A stretch of 9,209 nt of DNA from Candidatus Wukongarchaeum yapensis (lineage in GTDB: Archaea > Asgardarchaeota > Wukongarchaeia > Wukongarchaeales > Wukongarchaeaceae): assembly GCA_016840425.1 (NCBI GenBank), contig JAEOSI010000076.1, forward strand, positions 1 through 9,209, given 5' to 3'. Positions within the stretch are counted from its first letter, which is position 1; every line of letters starts with the position of its first letter. Positions 6,274-9,209 of this stretch are shown in pieces. Position numbers and translations under genes: made by a program. The notes under the pieces were generated by a model. It did not search any database. It was not told the origin of the DNA and saw only the letters and a program-made list of their open reading frames with translations.

Positions 6274-6909
6274 CTAACTTCTTTTCAAATAGCTCAACAC
6301 CTCTTCCTCCGATAGATCCCACCAACGCTTATAAAAACTAGCAACAGCAAAAGGAAAATACTTTTGGACAACTAAACAAATTACGACATCAACATAAGGC
6401 TTTAAAAGATTAATAGAAGATTCAGGAGAGCAAGGGATAGCAACAACTTTCTTCGCTGGAGCATACTTTTCAATAGACTTTGCCGCAGCTAACATAGTAA
6501 AACCACTTGCTAAACCATCATCAACAAGAATGACAACCTTCCCCTTAAGCTCTGGAAAGGGTTTATCACCCCGATAAATTTTAGACCTCCGCCTGATCTC
6601 TTTCAAAACCTCATCTGCAATAGATCGAATATCCTCCTTGCTCAAACCAAGACAAGCTACAAAAGACTCATTTAAAATCAAAGCACCATCCATAGTAATT
6701 GCGCCGAAACCGGCCTCAGTATTCCAAGGAATAGGGAGTTTACGGACCACTAAAACATCAAAAGGCGCGTTAAGCCGTTTAGCAACATGATAACCAACAG
6801 GAACTCCTCCATGAGGTAAAGCTAAAACAATAACATCTTCCCCCAAATATTTCTCAGCAACTGTTTCAGCTAAAACCTTGCCTGCATCGTCTCTATCCTC
6901 AAAAAACAA
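6274..6909 (-). CDS. Type I phosphoribosyltransferase family protein (stand-alone, substrate unknown)
   Basis: 211 aa. Motifs: F.DR.DAG..LA, VLALP.GGVPVG, DVLVVRKL..P.N.EAGFGAI, the PRPP-binding VILVDDGLASGFTM, and FAVASFY....DLSEEEV. The TTG start has GGGGGT 6 nt upstream. Confidence 0.92.
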   Translation of the reverse strand: MFFEDRDDAGKVLAETVAEKYLGEDVIVLALPHGGVPVGYHVAKRLNAPFDVLVVRKLPIPWNTEAGFGAITMDGALILNESFVACLGLSKEDIRSIADEVLKEIRRRSKIYRGDKPFPELKGKVVILVDDGLASGFTMLAAAKSIEKYAPAKKVVAIPCSPESSINLLKPYVDVVICLVVQKYFPFAVASFYKRWWDLSEEEVLSYLKRS

Positions 6910-6942
6910 AAAACAACCCCCAAAAAACTTGACTCCAAATCC

Positions 6943-6961
6943 ATTTTAAAATCTTTTTTAG
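6943..6961 (-). promoter_or_regulatory. BRE/TATA-like promoter of the PRT gene
   Basis: The minus strand reads CTAAAAAAG-ATTTTAAAAT: a purine run then TTTTAAAA (6951-6944), about 25 nt upstream of the SD region. Confidence 0.5.
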
Positions 6962-6987
6962 TTTTTTATCTCTTTATTTTTAGTCCG

Positions 6988-7005
6988 TTTTTTGTCGACA
7001 AAAAA
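6988..7005. repeat. Perfect 18-bp palindrome TTTTTTGTCGACAAAAAA (operator or bidirectional T-tract terminator)
   Basis: Read directly, between the rimI stop and the PRT promoter. Confidence 0.7.
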
Positions 7006-7059
7006 TATTAGAAATACCATAATAAGGTAAAGCGTTTAAATTTTTACGAACATTTAAGA

Positions 7060-7536
7060 TTAGAATATTTGTTTAATCATTACTAGAGCAGCTTCCCCGT
7101 CCTCGTAATAATTTGGAGATATAGTTTTTCTTTTAAACCCTTCACGCTCATAAAGACTTATCGCGTCGATATTAGATATACGAACTTCCAAAATTATTTT
7201 CCGCATGTTTAATCTTTTAAGAATTGACTCAAGTTTGTTTAGAAGGGCAGTTCCTACACCTTTTCGTTGAGAAGAAGGTTTAACCGCAAAAGAGATTATA
7301 TGACCTAATCTTTCTTTCCAAGAGATGTTTGATAAAATATAACCATGAACCTCGTCTTCATTCTTATTATCAACAGCAACAAAAAAAGTAGCACGGTTCA
7401 AATAATAAAGCAGAGATAAAAAAGAAAAAGGATAAGCATCTTTCTTAAAAACCAAAAGCTCAATCTCAAATATTTTTTCAAGATCGTTATAAATTACTGG
7501 CCGAATTTTAAAAAAAGGAAGTTTAGAAGTAGCCAT
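7060..7536 (-). CDS. rimI: GNAT N-terminal acetyltransferase, RimI / archaeal Ard1 family
   Basis: 158 aa. Motifs: DLEKIFEIE...F, GHIISFAV, acetyl-CoA motif QRKGVGTALL, ILEVRISN..AISLYE..GF, and NYYEDGEAALVM. Confidence 0.93.
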   Translation of the reverse strand: MATSKLPFFKIRPVIYNDLEKIFEIELLVFKKDAYPFSFLSLLYYLNRATFFVAVDNKNEDEVHGYILSNISWKERLGHIISFAVKPSSQRKGVGTALLNKLESILKRLNMRKIILEVRISNIDAISLYEREGFKRKTISPNYYEDGEAALVMIKQIF

Positions 7537-7555
7537 ATCTATGTCTAATGATGGA

Positions 7556-7567
7556 ATATATAAAAAA
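7556..7567. promoter_or_regulatory. Central TATA element (ATATATAAAAAA) in the 45-bp rimI/pelota divergent gap
   Basis: It reads TATATAAA on + and TTTATATA on - at 7557-7564, about 25 nt from the rimI ATG and about 22 nt from the pelota GTG. Neither gene has an SD. Confidence 0.55.
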
Positions 7568-7581
7568 GTTAGTCAGAGAGC

Positions 7582-8682
7582 GTGAATGAACTGAAAATAA
7601 TTTATCAAGACAAGCGAAAAGGGCTGATCAAGTTAAAACCTGAAACTCTTACAGATCTTTATACATTATATCACACAATTTTGCCAGGTGATAAAGTGAA
7701 AGCTTGGACTACCCGAAGAATTAAAAAAATTAGCGTGGGGGAAGGTGGTAACGGGGAAAAAAGGCCTAGAAAACCCATGTTTCTTGGAATTGATGTTGTA
7801 GCTGTAAACTTCCATGAATTTACGGGGAACTTACGCATACGTGGCACTATTTTTGAGGGTCCGGAAGATTATGTAAGCTTTGGATCATACCACACACTCA
7901 ATATCCAGCCAGGGAACGCCCTTAAAATAATAAAGGATAAAGGATGGCCATCCTATGCCATAAAACGCCTCAAAAAAGCAGCACAACTTGGAGAAAAACC
8001 ACCAATAGCCATACTCGCAATAGAAGAAGGAGAAAGCACGCTGGCATTAGTAACGGATTTTGGAATCAAAGAAATAGGACATATAACGATGAATGTGCCA
8101 AGAAAATCAGGAGACATAAAACAACATGAGGCAGCCATAATTGAATTTTTAAAAATAGTAACCTCGATGGTGAAAGAAAATATCAATCCAAAAATAGTTA
8201 GCACGCTTATTATCGGGGGACCAGGGTTCACAAAAGAACATTTCCTAAAATACTTAAAAGAGAAATCGCCAGAAATCGCGAAAAAAACAGTCACAGAAAC
8301 GGCAACAAGCGGGACACCCCAAGCAATAAATGAAATAATAAAACGAGGAACCTTAGAAAAAATCGTAGAGGGTTTAGAAATAGCCAGACAAACAAAACTA
8401 ATGAATGAATTCTTAAAAAGACTAGGAAAAGATGAAAAAACCATCGCATACGGTCAAGAAGAAATAGAAAAAGCAGCAATCTACGGTGCTATAGAAAACC
8501 TCCTCCTCACAGAAGATGGTCTCAGAACAACAGACCAAGAAAAAAGACAATTCCTAGAAAACCTATTAGAAAATACAGAAAAAGCAGGAGGCCACGTAGA
8601 AATAGTAAACATAAACTCAGAAATAGGAAAGCAAATCAAAGCATTGGGGGGGATGGTAGCCCTTCTGAGGTTCCCTATCTAA
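7582..8682 (+). CDS. pelA: mRNA surveillance / ribosome rescue protein Pelota (aDom34)
   Basis: 366 aa, GTG start. Motifs: PETL.DLY.L...I.PGD.V...T.RR, FHEF...LRIRG.I, GSYHTL.I, GGPGFTK (PGF), AYG.EEI.KAA..GAIE.LL, and GGMVALLRFPI. Confidence 0.96.
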   Translation: MNELKIIYQDKRKGLIKLKPETLTDLYTLYHTILPGDKVKAWTTRRIKKISVGEGGNGEKRPRKPMFLGIDVVAVNFHEFTGNLRIRGTIFEGPEDYVSFGSYHTLNIQPGNALKIIKDKGWPSYAIKRLKKAAQLGEKPPIAILAIEEGESTLALVTDFGIKEIGHITMNVPRKSGDIKQHEAAIIEFLKIVTSMVKENINPKIVSTLIIGGPGFTKEHFLKYLKEKSPEIAKKTVTETATSGTPQAINEIIKRGTLEKIVEGLEIARQTKLMNEFLKRLGKDEKTIAYGQEEIEKAAIYGAIENLLLTEDGLRTTDQEKRQFLENLLENTEKAGGHVEIVNINSEIGKQIKALGGMVALLRFPI

Positions 8683-9209
8683 GACTTGCTCAGCCTTGTA
8701 ATCACGTCAATCTTTGTAACAATACCAACAAGCTTACCCCTATCTATAACGAGGACGCCAGGATGTCCTGAAATAAAAAGCTTATAAGCATCTTCAATAG
8801 AGGCAGAAGGAGGAAGGCAAGGCAAACAATCCTCCATGACATCCTTTACAGAACGCATAAAAAGATCCTCCTGGTTTTCAGTTAACAGATATTGGAGAAT
8901 AGTAGATTCCTGAATAGTCCCTATAGGCACGCCATTCCCGTCTACGACGGGTAACTGGCTATAATCCCGCTCTTTCATCAACTTAACAGCATGAGCCACA
9001 GAATCAGTATGTCGGATCGTAGTTATCTCTGTAACCATCACATGTTGCAAAGTAACCTGTTCCCTTATCGAAGACATAATAGCCCGAAAAATTTTTCGTA
9101 GAGTTGACAAACGAGGATCAACAGACTCATTCTCTATACGAGCAATCAAAGACTGAGAGACTCCAGCTTTATCAGCCAACTCAGCCTGAGTCAAATGAAC
9201 TTTTTTACG
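8679..9209 (-). CDS. XRE-type HTH transcriptional regulator with tandem CBS domains (COG3620-like); 5' end outside the window
   Basis: The frame is open to the window edge (RKKVHLTQAEL...), so the track's TTG at 9194 is internal. HTH: LTQAELADKAGVSQSLIARIE....DPRLSTLRKI. CBS pair: A..LMKE.DYSQLPVVD..G.PIGTI and VLVIDRGKLVGIVTKIDV. The stop overlaps the pelota stop at 8679-8682. Confidence 0.93.
   Translation of the reverse strand, partial: RKKVHLTQAELADKAGVSQSLIARIENESVDPRLSTLRKIFRAIMSSIREQVTLQHVMVTEITTIRHTDSVAHAVKLMKERDYSQLPVVDGNGVPIGTIQESTILQYLLTENQEDLFMRSVKDVMEDCLPCLPPSASIEDAYKLFISGHPGVLVIDRGKLVGIVTKIDVITRLSKS

Noticed and set aside
7944-8479. ORFs 7944-8129 (+), 7953-8444 (-) and 8291-8479 (-)
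   Set aside because: These are alternative-frame or antisense shadows of pelota.
1-9209. tRNA, rRNA, CRISPR array, transposase or integrase
   Set aside because: All intergenic gaps are under 200 bp and AT-rich. I saw no cloverleaf, no regularly spaced repeats and no mobile-element ORFs.

Overview
This is an AT-rich archaeal chromosomal window, probably TACK/Asgard-like judging from the uS7 sequence (inference only). In order it holds: a 5'-truncated rps7 (+); a two-TM DUF3068/CD36-like surface protein (-); a divergent CobA/BtuR-type cobalamin adenosyltransferase (-); a class II (B12-dependent) ribonucleotide reductase with an ATP-cone (-); an aldehyde dehydrogenase (+); a type I phosphoribosyltransferase (-); a RimI/Ard1-type N-acetyltransferase (-); pelota (+); and a 5'-truncated XRE-HTH/CBS regulator (-). 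I found no rRNA, tRNA, CRISPR array, intein or mobile element. Signals missed by the ORF track: a stop-interrupted relic resembling the C-terminus of a phenylacetate-CoA ligase right after the ALDH gene, a second possible frameshifted relic at about 1594-1784, two palindromes in promoter regions, a 9-bp duplication of the rps7 stop region, and a codon-usage switch inside the + strand genes. The most notable leads are the adenosyltransferase with several substituted conserved motifs next to nrdJ, and the archaeal CD36/DUF3068-like glycoprotein. All family assignments come from motif recognition; no database searches were run.
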